The position numbers and the translations under genes are program-made. From Amphiscolops sp. MND2022 (Eukaryota): 64,000 bases of DNA. Below are positions 1 to 11,735 of the stretch, in pieces. Each line of letters begins with the position of its first letter. Position 1 is the first letter of the stretch. The notes beneath the pieces were generated by a model. The model was not told the origin of the DNA and did not search any database. It was given only the letters and a program-made list of their open reading frames with translations. The stretch covers positions 40,238,001 to 40,302,000 of the forward strand of contig OZ076421.1 in NCBI GenBank assembly GCA_964187785.1. Direction: 5' to 3'.

Positions 1-3000
1 TTGCCCTGCCCCAAGGAGTGGTACGCCCCAGGAGACTCCGACACCCTGACCATTTGTTCCCCTGTGCCAATCTGCGCTACCATGGACGGTGGGGACGTGA
101 AGTTCGAGGCCTGCGTAGTGGTGGACGTTTTTCCACCTGGCTTATGCATAGGCCCCCAGGAACTGAAATGCTTTAACATAAACCACCAAGAACCCAATGG
201 TGAGGCGCGAATCGACGAGCGTGCGTCGCTCGTCGTCTCTTTCGTAGTGCCCCATGCGGCACCAATCCCATTGCGAGGACTCGTGGACACCGGTTCTGGC
301 GTTTCCATCTTGACGTTTTCTGCCTTCAACCGGGTTGCCGCCCAAACTGGCACTGTATTGAAGCCCTATCAAATCGACTTTTACGCCGCTAATGAAAAAA
401 CCATAAAGACCTTTGGTCTAGCTGAGCAGATCCTTTTCCAACTGGGCGGTTATGAACTCGGAACCAATTTCGTCGTGGTGGACGACGCAATGGGCATGGA
501 GGACTTTCGGCTAGGGCCTACCAAGTGCTGGCGGATCTGACTTCCATGAAGATCGTCGTGCGAGCGCCTGTGAAACCTGTTTGGCACCACGCGCATACAC
601 ATGTAGGTGATACTTCGTTTCGCTACCCCGGTCGTTTTAGACAGCGACATGGTTTCACAGCCCTTCGAACGGTCGTCAAAGCTAAACTCATCACTGATGA
701 ACTTGAGCCGTTGACATTTCAAAACGTGATCTTAAACGCGGCCACGCTGACGCATCGCTGCATAATGTTATGCTTGTTATCCGTTGCCACTGTCAGCGAA
801 GCAGGCCAAGTTTTCATTAGTGTGATGAACTTGACCAGCGATCGACAGCGGAAACGAAAAGGAACCCGAATGGACAATGTAGTCCCGGTCTCATTGGTCT
901 ACCAGGCCATTCTTCAACGGACTCTGGAACAGCAACCCACAAAAACTGAGGTCAATAATAACCAATTTCCGTTTGTACACAAAATTTACGAGAAGATGAA
1001 TTATAGTACTGATTCTCAATTGACTTCTTCTTCTGAATTTGAATTTTTGTCCACCGAGGCAGGTCTCTCAGATCGCGGGGTACGTAAGCGCACGGAACCG
1101 GAACTCATGGCTCTCATACCGGGACCTGAGTCGCAACTCAAAGAAGTCCAGGACCTATGGGGTCCCGCGGCCTGCACTTCACACCCAAGAACATTCTAAC
1201 TGAATTTGATGATCTGTTTATGAAGCACAAGGCTGACATTGGTCGATGCACCATAGCCAAACATCCAGTTGAAGTAGAGCCAGGTGCTGTACCTCACCGC
1301 GAAGGTGCGAGACGCATGTCCCCTGAAAAAGCCGAACGGGCCAATCAGGAGGAGCGCAATCTGCTCGCGCTGGGCATTATCCAGCCCTCCCTGTCACCTT
1401 GGGCAAGCGGGATTTTCATGGTAACGAAGAAAAAAGGTGAGTTGCGCTTTTGTTGCGATTTTCGCCCGCTGAACAAAGTGACCGTTAAGGACGCTTATCC
1501 ATTGCCTCGTATTGACGAAAGTCTTGCCAGGCTGGGTAATGCCAAAATCGATACCAGTATTGTCTTGGCCTGGGCCTTTTGACGAGTTCCAGTCCGAAAA
1601 GCTGACCGTCAAAAGACCGCCTTTGCCTGCGAACTCGGAGTTTTCGAATGGCGACGCATGCCTTTTGGCATGTGTAATGCATCTGCCACCTTCCAGAGAG
1701 CGCTAGCGCGAGCGCTACGCAAAATTGTGAACCGAGAAGGCAGCGTGGTAATGGCCTACATCGACGACATCGTCATAGCCACGGAAACTCTGGAAGATCA
1801 CTTGGTGCGCCTCCGCGAAGTTTTTGAGTGCTTGCGCGGAGCCGGCTTCAAGATGAGAGTTGCCAAGTGCGACTTCATGAAGTCCGAAATCAAGTACCTG
1901 GGTCACGTGGTCTCCGCGGAAGGGGTGAAGCCCGATCCCAAAGCTGTCGCAAAAATACTGACTGGGAAATTCCTCGTAACAAAACCGAGATGCAAAGCTT
2001 TCTAGGCTTCGTCAACTATTACCGTGAGTTTATTCCTTGGCACGCCTAATTGGTGGCTCCCTTGCATGCGATCACCGGCATCAAAGCCACTTTTGCTTGG
2101 GGAGCAGAACAACAACTGGTTTTCAACGAGTTTAACAAAACATTCATTGATGCGACTGCTCTCGCGCAGTCAGATTCCGACGGCGAATTTGTGCTGGACA
2201 CTGACGCCAGCGCTGTGACAATCTCAGGCATCCTCCATCAGTGACAAGGCCCACCCGGAGAGAGGCGTCTTCGCCCAACCGTCTACGGCAGCAAGAAACT
2301 CACGGCCACTCGAGCCAAGTACGGAGCGCCAAAGTTGGAAATGTATGCTGCGTATCACTTCATTGTGAAGAATCACAGCTACCTGTGCCCACGAAAGGTC
2401 ACGTTGATAGTGGACAATCAGGCGCTATCGTGGTTAAAAACGTACTCAGCTGACCAGGCCCTCATAGGTAGGTGGATCATGGCGCTGGAAAATACCAATT
2501 CCGTGTCGAACATCGACCACGGACACAGCATCGCAATGCCGATGGCTTATCCAAACGAACCAACGATTATCGATGGCGGGAGCAACAGCTCGAAAACCTA
2601 CCCCCGGTAGCAAAGCGTTGGAACTTCTTATTTTAGGACGAATACGAGCGTCTGCCTACTGTGCCATGGTTTGACGTGCAAGGAAGGGTAATCCCGAACC
2701 ATCCTGAGTTACCCCCACACCTGAAAAATTTGCAGCCAACACCTCCCACTTTGGTTCAACGCGTCGTCCGCCGCACGCAACGAGCAAACAGCGAGACATA
2801 CAAAAAGAGGCCTTACAGGCACCCCTGCTCCCACCGCCACCTCCAATCCTGCACGCCCATGAAGACTTCTACCCTGACTACCCAGAAGACTGGATAGACG
2901 TAACCGAAGAAGCCCACTACGATTACCTGCTACCCACGCATGTAACCAACGTAGTTTCACTACCTATTATCTAACCAACACCGACGGGACGACAATGCAA

Positions 3001-4469
3001 AGTGCTTCCTCAAACGTCAAACAGGCAGCGATGGTCATTCGCAGTGTGAGCATTGAGCTGCACACACGGTCCACGGCATAAAAGACCTCGTGCTAGCACA
3101 AAACCGAGACGTCCACGTCCTTGCACTCAAAAAGTTGGTCAAGGGGAAAGATATTGACCAAGACATTTTTCCCGAAGACGTACGTGCATTTGCTCGGAAC
3201 TATTTCAAGCAAAAGAAGGAGCTGCTATTCTTGAATTCCAATGGCCTACTTTGTGCAAAATACCCACCTTCTAACGTCCGCTACATGAGCGACCTTGCAT
3301 AATTGTAATGCCTCAGTTATATAAACACGAAATCCTCTTTCGTGCACACGATGACATGGGTCATCAAGGCATTAGTAAGGTCGTGGCGCGGATACTAGAA
3401 CGCTTTACCTTGCCATGACGGGCAAACCATTTTTGCAGAAGCAATCGCGAGGTAGTGATTGCGTCGTAATCGTCATGACTGCATGGTACGGCTTCGGCAA
3501 TTTTAGAAAAGTGGTCAATGATAACCAGAACCCCGGTGTCGCCGTCATCGGTGGGGCAAAGCTTCATGTAATCGTATTGGACCAACTCATTAAAGTATCC
3601 ACTCTGAATGTTTTTCCGATGGAAACGAACGTCCCCAGGTTTGTCTCGAAGCTGTTGGCACGTGAGACACTGGCCAATGTACTCGTCCACTGTACGGCGA
3701 ATTCCAGGCCCACCCACACGCATGCAGTCGGACAATGCTCCGAACTTAACTGCAGAAGTCTCCAATGAGTTCATGGAAGCCTCTCAGGTCACGAATGTGA
3801 CCTCCACTGCTGCCCCCGCACGCAAAGCCTGGTAGAACGCCAAAACTGAACGCTGCTCACTCTGCTGCGTGTTTTCTGTTCGCGACGAATGCGCGATTGG
3901 GATCAACACCTGGACGAGGTACTCGGTGCGTATAATTCCACGCGCCACGCAACTGCAGGGTTCTCACCCTACATGTTAACCAGAGGCACAGAAAAAGCGA
4001 TACCTCTCACGTATCTGTACACTGAGTTTGCCTCTCAATCCTACCCAACACACGACGCATATCTCGATCATGTGTTGGCACGCCTTCAGGAGATCCACGA
4101 CCTGGTGCGTAGAAACACTCACCAGCTCAAATGCGACAGAAACTTAAATATGACCTCGCCATACGAGCCAAAGCCTACAAGCAAGGTGATTTGGTTTCGG
4201 TTTTTTGTCGGTACGTTCCTCAAAACGGTTCACCAAAACTGATGCACGCCTGGCGTGGCCCGCATCGTATCTTCCACAAACTACAGGAAGGATGTGTTTA
4301 CATCTTAGACACAGGGCAAAAAGTCCACTTCGAACGCTTAAAGCCTCACAATAGTGGCCCCCTGGAATTCGCCGCCACCCCGTTAGATACCGGCGACATC
4401 GCCGTCGTGATGGACCCCGAGCCTCAGCGCTCTCTAGACCCCATAGATGATGATTTTCCAAAGCTCTAA
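1..4469 (+). mobile_element. pol: Ty3/Gypsy LTR retrotransposon, degenerate pol (protease-RT-RNase H-integrase), 5' part outside window
   Basis: Motifs in order: LVDTGSGVSIL (aspartic protease); SPWASGIFMV..KKGELRFCCDFRPLN, MPFGMCNASATFQR, YIDDIV (RT); FVLDTDASAVTISGILHQ (RNase H); HDDMGH..CLTC zinc motif, IIDHFSK, QSDNAP (integrase); RGPH..VHFERLK (GPY/F). Many frameshifts and stops. Confidence 0.95.
3411..3710 (-). other. 300-bp inversion inside the Gypsy integrase
   Basis: The integrase core (PGIRRTVDEY..CLTCQQ..IIDHFSK..KWFARHG) is on the minus strand only here. Re-inverting 3411-3710 restores ERFT-WPGIRR at the left junction and ARHG-TPTRMQSDN at the right junction, both in frame. Confidence 0.9.
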
Positions 4470-5118
4470 AGTTCAGATGATCTCATAAATCTGAACAACT
4501 ACTTTCAGAGGCCTTGGATGTTTCACTGCCCTCTAGGCAGCGTCACTGGGTGGACACCAGACTGCAAACCAAGCTGCGTGCGGGAGGAACCCGGAAACAC
4601 CCAACAATTTGACTACTCCACGTTCGAAACCGACGATGAGACGCCGGGGGAAATGCTCCCCATACCAAATACTCACCACAACAGGTGCAAGATCAGCCCC
4701 CCTGGAATTGATCGGAGGCCCTCTGCTACCCGATTCCCTATCAGACGTCTCCATGCTAGACTGACTCCCGCAGTTGTTCTCTGACCACGAGCCTGCGCGC
4801 TTACCCTCGCCGCAGTTATCACTGTCAGATAATCCTCCGGAGCTATCCCCAACGGGTACTTCTGCTCCGCTGCTGACTCAACCTTCTTTTACCGACTACC
4901 TCAGTAATTATTCTTTTTGGCCCAATCACGTCGAAGACTCATGTGGACCCTGTTCTTGTCCGTCTTCACTCTCCGCGGACCCGGCCCCGGCACTGTTGCA
5001 GAAACCACCCAGTGCCTCCCAACATAGTGTTTGGTCCGTTCAACTTTGAACGAGAGCCGGTGCATCACTGCTGATTTGCTGCTTGACCGATATGGAGTGG
5101 AGGTAGAATCCCGCCCCG

Positions 5119-5574
5119 TACTGGTGGCATCGCCCTGACGTGTCCAGCGGATCTGGAGACCAGCTCAGCAACGCTGCGCTACGTGTTACGGGAATGTGGT
5201 AGGGAACAAGTGTTCTCACTACGCCCGAGAGTAGGGGAAATTCTTTTTTGACCCCCATGGTTAGCAACAAACCTACCCAAACCATACACCTGTTGATCGC
5301 TCGCGCAAATCAGCGTGCACCAATATTTGGTGATGATTTTCTGCTATGCCTGCAAAAAATGATAGCATGGCTCGAAGACAGGGTAATTGCCCAGATCCGA
5401 TTCCCAATACTGGACCCCGAGAGGCCAGTATACTCCTTGCCTAACCTATACCGGGCAGTAATGGACTTGTTCTCAGACACGAACATTCACTTGGTACTAC
5501 ACAATCGTGTGTACGTGTCCATACTAGGCATTGAAGTAGGTGTTAGACCACCTGAGTGCCATCTTCCGACTTAA
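5119..5574 (+). pseudogene. Macrodomain-like ORF (OARD1/TARG1-type fold) downstream of Gypsy integrase, frameshift near 5247
   Basis: The joined frames read GGIALTCPADLETSSATLRYVLRECGREQVFSLRPRVGEILFL..TIHLLIARANQRAPIFGDDFLLCLQKMIAWLEDRVIAQIRFPILDPERPVYSLPNLYRAVMDLFSDTNIHLVLH. The hydrophobic pattern and spacing parallel OARD1 as recalled; not searched. Confidence 0.55.
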
Positions 5575-5834
5575 CCACACCCGAGCGGAAGTCCGCCGTG
5601 AACCACGGTCTCTTTCCTTATGACTTAATTGTGCCAAATGCGCCTCACTCAGTCATTAAACCCTTAATTGAACCCTGAGAAAGGACGCCTTCAGTGTCCT
5701 CTTAGTTAATTTATCATTACTTATTGTCACGTTTTCCACTTACGAGTTCCCTTATGGAACCGGTTTTACTTATGCGCCAATCGATATCGGTACCAGCGGG
5801 TCTAATGAGCATCTATTTTTAGACCAATGATAAG

Positions 5835-6962
5835 ATGGCTTACCATCACAGGGCCCCTGCAGCAATGCCTGCCCCTGCCTCGCCCAATCAAGACGCTGCT
5901 CGAGCGCAGCGCTCAAACCAGGTGCAGTACATAGAGGAGAGGCTACGCAATGGCATATGGCCAGCAGCCGTGGCCGGGATTACTGCCCTCCTGGCACAGC
6001 TAGAGACCCAGCCCATGCAGCCTAGCTTGGCGGTTTCACTAGTTGCCCATGTGGGAGCTTACAAACGCACCATGACCTGTCGAAATGGGATATGGGACGG
6101 GTACGACTTGACCCATCCCTTCCTGGATGACCGTTCCACTGTAGTGCGAGGCCCCAGTGTGCTAACTGCCATCGAACAAGAGGCTACTTTGCGGATTCTG
6201 ATAGCAAATGTGCCAAAGCCGCAACCGTTGTCACCAGCATACCTAGTGATTCAGTCACAAGCGCAACCTCTACAACCAATGACTCAGTCCATGTATTTAC
6301 CGAGCGTGCAATCTGTGGTGCCGCCTTCAGCTCACGTGGCACCCTATGCCAGCGCTCCAGCGACCCATGCGCCACATATGATTCTTAGTGCCACACCTCA
6401 GCAGGAGCCCGAGGGCTCCTCTCCCATGTCCAGCGCCAGAGGGCAATCGGTACAGTCTTCTGCGCCGCCTTCTGCTCGCAATAGCATTACTGCGCCAGAC
6501 ATATCTCACAGGACTCCCAGTGAGCAGGCCGCAATCCAGGCTCTGCAAACAGTGGCGAATTATCCAGAATCCAGAGACTTTGTCGAGACCATGTCGAAAC
6601 AATTACCAGGCCTACAGAACCTATTAGGAGCTTCGGTGCAGCCCAAGGACTGCCTAGTCACAAGGGGAAACCCGGGTCCAAGCACAAACCCCACCACTCC
6701 TAGTACCAGCGCTACCATGTCTCGAGCTCCCTCGCCAGTTCCTGGACTGTCACCTGTATCAGACGAAGAGCTTGGCCGCAAAAGGTCCTCGCCTCACGAG
6801 CCATCCCAGTCGGCTAGCAATAGCAACAGCCCCACAAGCCGTCCTCCACCAGACAAGCGCAACAATGTGCTGCGTTCGGTGGTAATACAAGAACTACCAA
6901 AAGTAGGCTACCGCGGAGTACCTATGCCTAAAATGGCCATGAGCGAGGTGATGGAGCGGTGA
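5835..6962 (+). CDS. 375-aa Pro/Ser/Ala-rich accessory ORF in the 3' region of the Gypsy element, function unknown
   Basis: Longest uninterrupted ORF in the window, on the same strand as pol, with a low-complexity C-terminal half. Confidence 0.55.
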   Translation: MAYHHRAPAAMPAPASPNQDAARAQRSNQVQYIEERLRNGIWPAAVAGITALLAQLETQPMQPSLAVSLVAHVGAYKRTMTCRNGIWDGYDLTHPFLDDRSTVVRGPSVLTAIEQEATLRILIANVPKPQPLSPAYLVIQSQAQPLQPMTQSMYLPSVQSVVPPSAHVAPYASAPATHAPHMILSATPQQEPEGSSPMSSARGQSVQSSAPPSARNSITAPDISHRTPSEQAAIQALQTVANYPESRDFVETMSKQLPGLQNLLGASVQPKDCLVTRGNPGPSTNPTTPSTSATMSRAPSPVPGLSPVSDEELGRKRSSPHEPSQSASNSNSPTSRPPPDKRNNVLRSVVIQELPKVGYRGVPMPKMAMSEVMER

Positions 6963-7023
6963 CTCGAGGTGCCAACTGCATATGGCAGGTTGCCTCACGG
7001 CTGAATGACCGGCAGTTCCATGG

Positions 7024-9783
7024 GTGCCCCCCTCAAGCGCTGACCAAGCTCAGCTGAAGAAGCTATCGATCATAGTCCATCTGTCGAGGACTCTGCGTGC
7101 CTTTGACACTAATATCGGCGAGCCAGCATGGGAACAACGGGTAATCCAGCGGTTGACTACGGCCCACGATAAATACCTCCGGCCAATGCAGAACAATCTG
7201 AATGAACAATGCAGCGCCAGGTATTTGCTACAGCCAGGCGAAACCTGAGAGACGCACAGTAAGTACCCCAGAAGCCTGAACGCAATAAAGCAATCTCGAA
7301 GATTTCAATTCAGCGCACTCGCTATTGTGTGATGGTTGATTCCACGGTCCCATGCGACCTAACGTTCGACAACATCGTCCCGGACGTGCTAGTAGTGACT
7401 ATACCCTTGTCATGTCTACCTGAGATGGTCAGAAAGAGCCAATACCTCGCCGAATTATCTTCACTAACCTAATGGACCACATGGCCTGCGAAGGTCTACT
7501 GGAAGACTTGCTGCGCCTGCTGCGCGAAATGTCCACCCTCGAAACCGCGAGGAATGAAATTGCTAGAATCATGCACCAGATCGCAACCGCAATGGAGCGT
7601 ACTGCAGATCTGCTCCGTACTCAGCTGAGAGTACCTGCCCTTTTCGTCTCTCCCCCAGGAATGCTGTATTGGGGAGGAATGTTCCAGCAGTTCGTCTACA
7701 TGCTAACTGAAATCTGTAGTGCCCGCAACATTGAGTTCAACCTGTGCGCACCCGTTTTGCGTGTTGGTAAAGCGGATTTACGCCCGGCCGGGCTTTCGGC
7801 GCACGCTTACTTGGCAGCAATATTACGCCTGCTACAGCCAGTAGAGCAGGGAGGCAATGCCCAACTAACTTTGGACGACGACATCTATTACGACCATGGA
7901 ATGCGTCTACGAACGCCAACCTTTGACGATGCAGGAAATCCGAGGCCACACTGAAAGAGCGTGCGAACATGCGCGAAAACAACTCGCCGTGGTTAGGGAT
8001 GAAATTGGCAGGGATGAAATCGAAGTAGAGCGAACGATACCCCAGATCCAGTTTGCTGACAACACGGAAATCATCAAAATGCCGCTGAGCTTGAGACACA
8101 TCGTCGCCCACGAGAGCTGTCCGTGCCATTCCAGGCGCTACTCACGAGTTTCGGCTTAGAATGGCACCTGGATGTAGTCGCAGACGAATTCTGCCTAACT
8201 GATGAGCAGTTGCACAATCTCACCGATATCTTGAAGAGGACAGCGGTCAACGAGGTGCTGGCTCTCGAGCTCGCTCTAGGGCCTACCAAGTTCGTGGCTG
8301 GTCCTCTAGCCATCATGGTATATTTAACCACTGTCGGTAGCATACTCGAATTCTACACCTACCAGGTACTTGCACAAGGGAAATTAACCAGTCTACTTGC
8401 GTTTGGAGAGGTGCTCTTCCTACAGAACGGGCACAACTACACTGAGCACCTGTTCAGAATGAGAGCGTCAGTGCAGCACTGGCTGTATTCTACTCTGGTC
8501 TATGCATCAGGATTGTTCGTATGAGTAGACAAGGCACAGCCCCTACACCACCCAGACACACAATTGCCTCGTAAAAACGCAGGCTTCCCAATGCCGCAGC
8601 AACTGGCGGACCTGACGTTGGCTGAGGTGGAGGATTCAGTTCCGGTAATCGCCCCGGTGCTGATTCCCATCTTTGGACCCCTGGGACTGCTGCGATACTC
8701 CATCAAGCCTGTATCCATGGCGGTAGAGATAGCCACGGTGTCCATTTTCACCTACCTTCAAGGTAGCCCTCTCATGCCTACGAGCAGGTGGTAAGAGAAA
8801 CACTGAGCGGCGAAATGCCCCAAGTATACCCCATCATATAAACTGAGCAACAAGCTGAAGAAATAATGATGGGTATTATTCGTGTTCGTACCCGCAAAGC
8901 CGCTGTTTTGCCACGTGAATATGGACCAGTCATCTGGTACAATGCTCCGGTCGACCTCCACGGGCAACCATTCAGATTTCCTTGGTCTGTGGAATTTGTC
9001 AAGAAAACCATCAATTCTAGCCTGAGGGCTAGCTCCAATGTCCGTCCGGACTACAAATTGAAGTTCATACAGGTGCCCAATTGCTATTGGAAGGAACCTG
9101 TGGGATACCCTCGTGCGCGCCCCTTAGACTGCGCCAACGTGCCCCAATGAATCGGCGTACCGGCACAGATACGCGACCGCAACCTTTCTCGCCGGATGGC
9201 CCCGTTGCAGTACGAGCCTGCATGGCGCCCGCAAGGCTGCATGACCATGTCGAGAGACATTGCCCTAGCACTGCTAGACCTAGTAAATCAAGTCTTAGGC
9301 GAACAAATGCGCGCGGAATGGGATGAGGACTGTCTCAACCTCGAAGTGAGCAGCTTTGAAACGTGGAAAAAAGCGTGCGCGCCTTGGAGACTAACCGGCT
9401 GGGTATCCAAGCGTGTTGCACTAGCAGCCAACCATCGAGCAGAAGAGGAACGTGCTCAGCGATACGCTCCTCAACCATTGCAAAAAGCCACTGCTCCAGT
9501 CATGGCAATGTCGTTGCAGCAACCCCTCACTGTAGAAGCTGCGCCAGTGGAAGAAGAGGTTGCATAGGAAGAAACATCTATGCCTGTCACCCTAAGTCCT
9601 TCCGGCGAGCATGCAGCGGAACTTACGCCCAATGCGGCGCTGGCTGATCCCATCGGCGAGCTAACCATCGACACCGATGCAGAGACTGTAGTGCCTTCGC
9701 CGACAAGACGAGTATCCCTGAGCGATGCCTCACCTCCACGAGAGATCACTCCTCGAAGTAGGAACATGTCAGCAATCCAGTAG
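7024..9783 (+). pseudogene. Fragmented further accessory ORFs of the same element; 7310-7954 possibly SGNH-hydrolase-like fold
   Basis: Consecutive plus-strand ORF fragments. CVMVDS..VLVVTIP..IFTNLMDH..ALFVSPPG..RVGKADLRP loosely follows SGNH block order. Confidence 0.35.
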
Positions 9784-11331
9784 TCCCTACATTCCAATTG
9801 CCAACATGTCAGTGAGCCTGAGGGCTCACAAAAAGTCCAATGAAGCTAGGCCTTCTTCTGCAGAAAGACTCAAAAACTCCTTAGCTTTATTACGGTGCTA
9901 CATTAAAATTGGTGAAATTTTAATTAACTGTTTTTAGTTAGATTATTTGATTTAAATTCTTGCCTTGGGTGTACGGTCATCGAGTGTGCCTGCCCCTCGT
10001 GCCAATACTACATTACCAAAGCTCGTCGAAAAGAACCAAACAAACGCTGTTTTCTCTTAGCTAACACCTCGAGTTGGGTGTTTGAGAAAGAAATCCAGGT
10101 GCGAAAGCACAGCAAACAAGAAGAAAGATCTTTTAAACTGGACTGTCACCCTTATGATGAGTCTTGTGTACTCTATTAATTGTCTACATTTTGAGTAGAG
10201 CCTATGCCCTCCCAAGAAAAGATGTTTTTAGCAAAAAAATTGTCTAAAACGAATCTTTGCAAAACTGGAAAAAAACATTTTACCAGGCACTTGCCGCAAA
10301 AGACGTTTTAACCATCAAAATGTGCTCTAAACGGCTCCAGCCATTCAAAAAATCTTGCTCTCGAGCTGGTGCTACGAACGTCTCCAATTTTTTGTAAAAA
10401 TACTAGGTTTTGCAGTAAAATTACATTAGGATCCAAAAGCCGACATCCTCATGTCAGCTGTTCTATGCAACGGCGCCATGGTTTCAAGAAGTATCCACAG
10501 CATGGGCAAGGTCCTGTTCTCAGACGAGGCCCCAGCGATGCTTGCCATGGACGACAAGCCAGAAACCCAGGGAGTGGATGTAACGGCATCCTGTGATCAA
10601 CAAAGGTTTTTTCGAATTTCTCGAAAATTGCTGAAAAATTCGTTCAGGGATGACGTGGCCCTCAAACATGATTTCACGGGATATATGCCCACGGAATCAT
10701 AGAGAGACAAGAAAGCAGACCCCGCGAGGCGAAGAAAAACAGCGAACGCGTACAAAAAGGACCCGTGAAACGGCCCGAAACCGAAAAACCGTAGCCTATG
10801 CGCTGAAAATCCACGGTGCCCTCATGTTTTGTGCTGAATCAGAATGCTAGAGTGATTGCAACTTCCGGACCCAGGGTTGTGCCAGCCCGAGCACTGGTCC
10901 AATGCCACTTAGACCCATTTCGCCGAACTGGATTTTAACTTTTATTTGAAGTATATACCGATTTGTTTGATGAATTTCCTATTCGAGAGCTACCCATGTT
11001 GATGCTATTTACGATAGATTTCCATCTGGATCGTTTAATTTAGTTCTATGCAACTTAGCCCATTTTTTATAGGCTGTCTAGACGGTGGTTATGAGAGAAA
11101 AAGTATAATGCCCGTTTTTCTCAGCAATTATAGACTGGATCAGGCCAGAGAGCATCCATAGAGACGGTTCCCCCTCCTCGGGACCGGCTACCCACAGGAG
11201 GACAAAATGGGCTAGCGGTATGGTGGTTTGTCCCGGACCATAGCCATGGCGTTAGTTCCTCCCCCCATTGTAGCGTTTAAAGCGCTTAGCGCTTTCCGTT
11301 ACATTGTAACGTCCGGCTAGCGGCGCAGAAA

Positions 11332-11735
11332 CTTTTTCCTTTTCCCCCCCACACTTTTCAAAATAATATTTTTGCAATTAATTGTATCTCAATTGAGTTT
11401 CCAATGAAACAGTTGTTTTATATTTATTCTCAGGGTGATAGTTTAGGATTCAGATACAAACTTTGTTCACACTTTTTCCCTACGTAGTTACGCATTTTTG
11501 ATGAAGAAATCAACAGCTTCCTGTTTTGAGTCATCAATGAACACTTAATACGAACATAAGTATAATCAACATGTGTGAAGAATGTTTTGTTCAAGCGGAA
11601 AACTACTCTATTAGTGTGGAGACAACAAAACAAAGGAAAAGACTTATTCGAAGAAATATTGAATGATATAGTCAAATATAATCCTTTATGTTGAGTTTGT
11701 TTTCTTTCAAAAGTGTGGGGGGAAAAGGAAAAAGA
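11332..11735. repeat. Small foldback/MITE-like segment with about 30-bp inverted arms
   Basis: CTTTTTCCTTTTCCCCCCCACACTTTTCAAA near 11332 and TTTCAAAAGTGTGGGGGGAAAAGGAAAAAG near 11705; AT-rich interior. Confidence 0.5.

Noticed and set aside
5835-8524. Retroviral env gene
   Set aside because: No signal peptide, furin site or fusion/TM arrangement was recognised.
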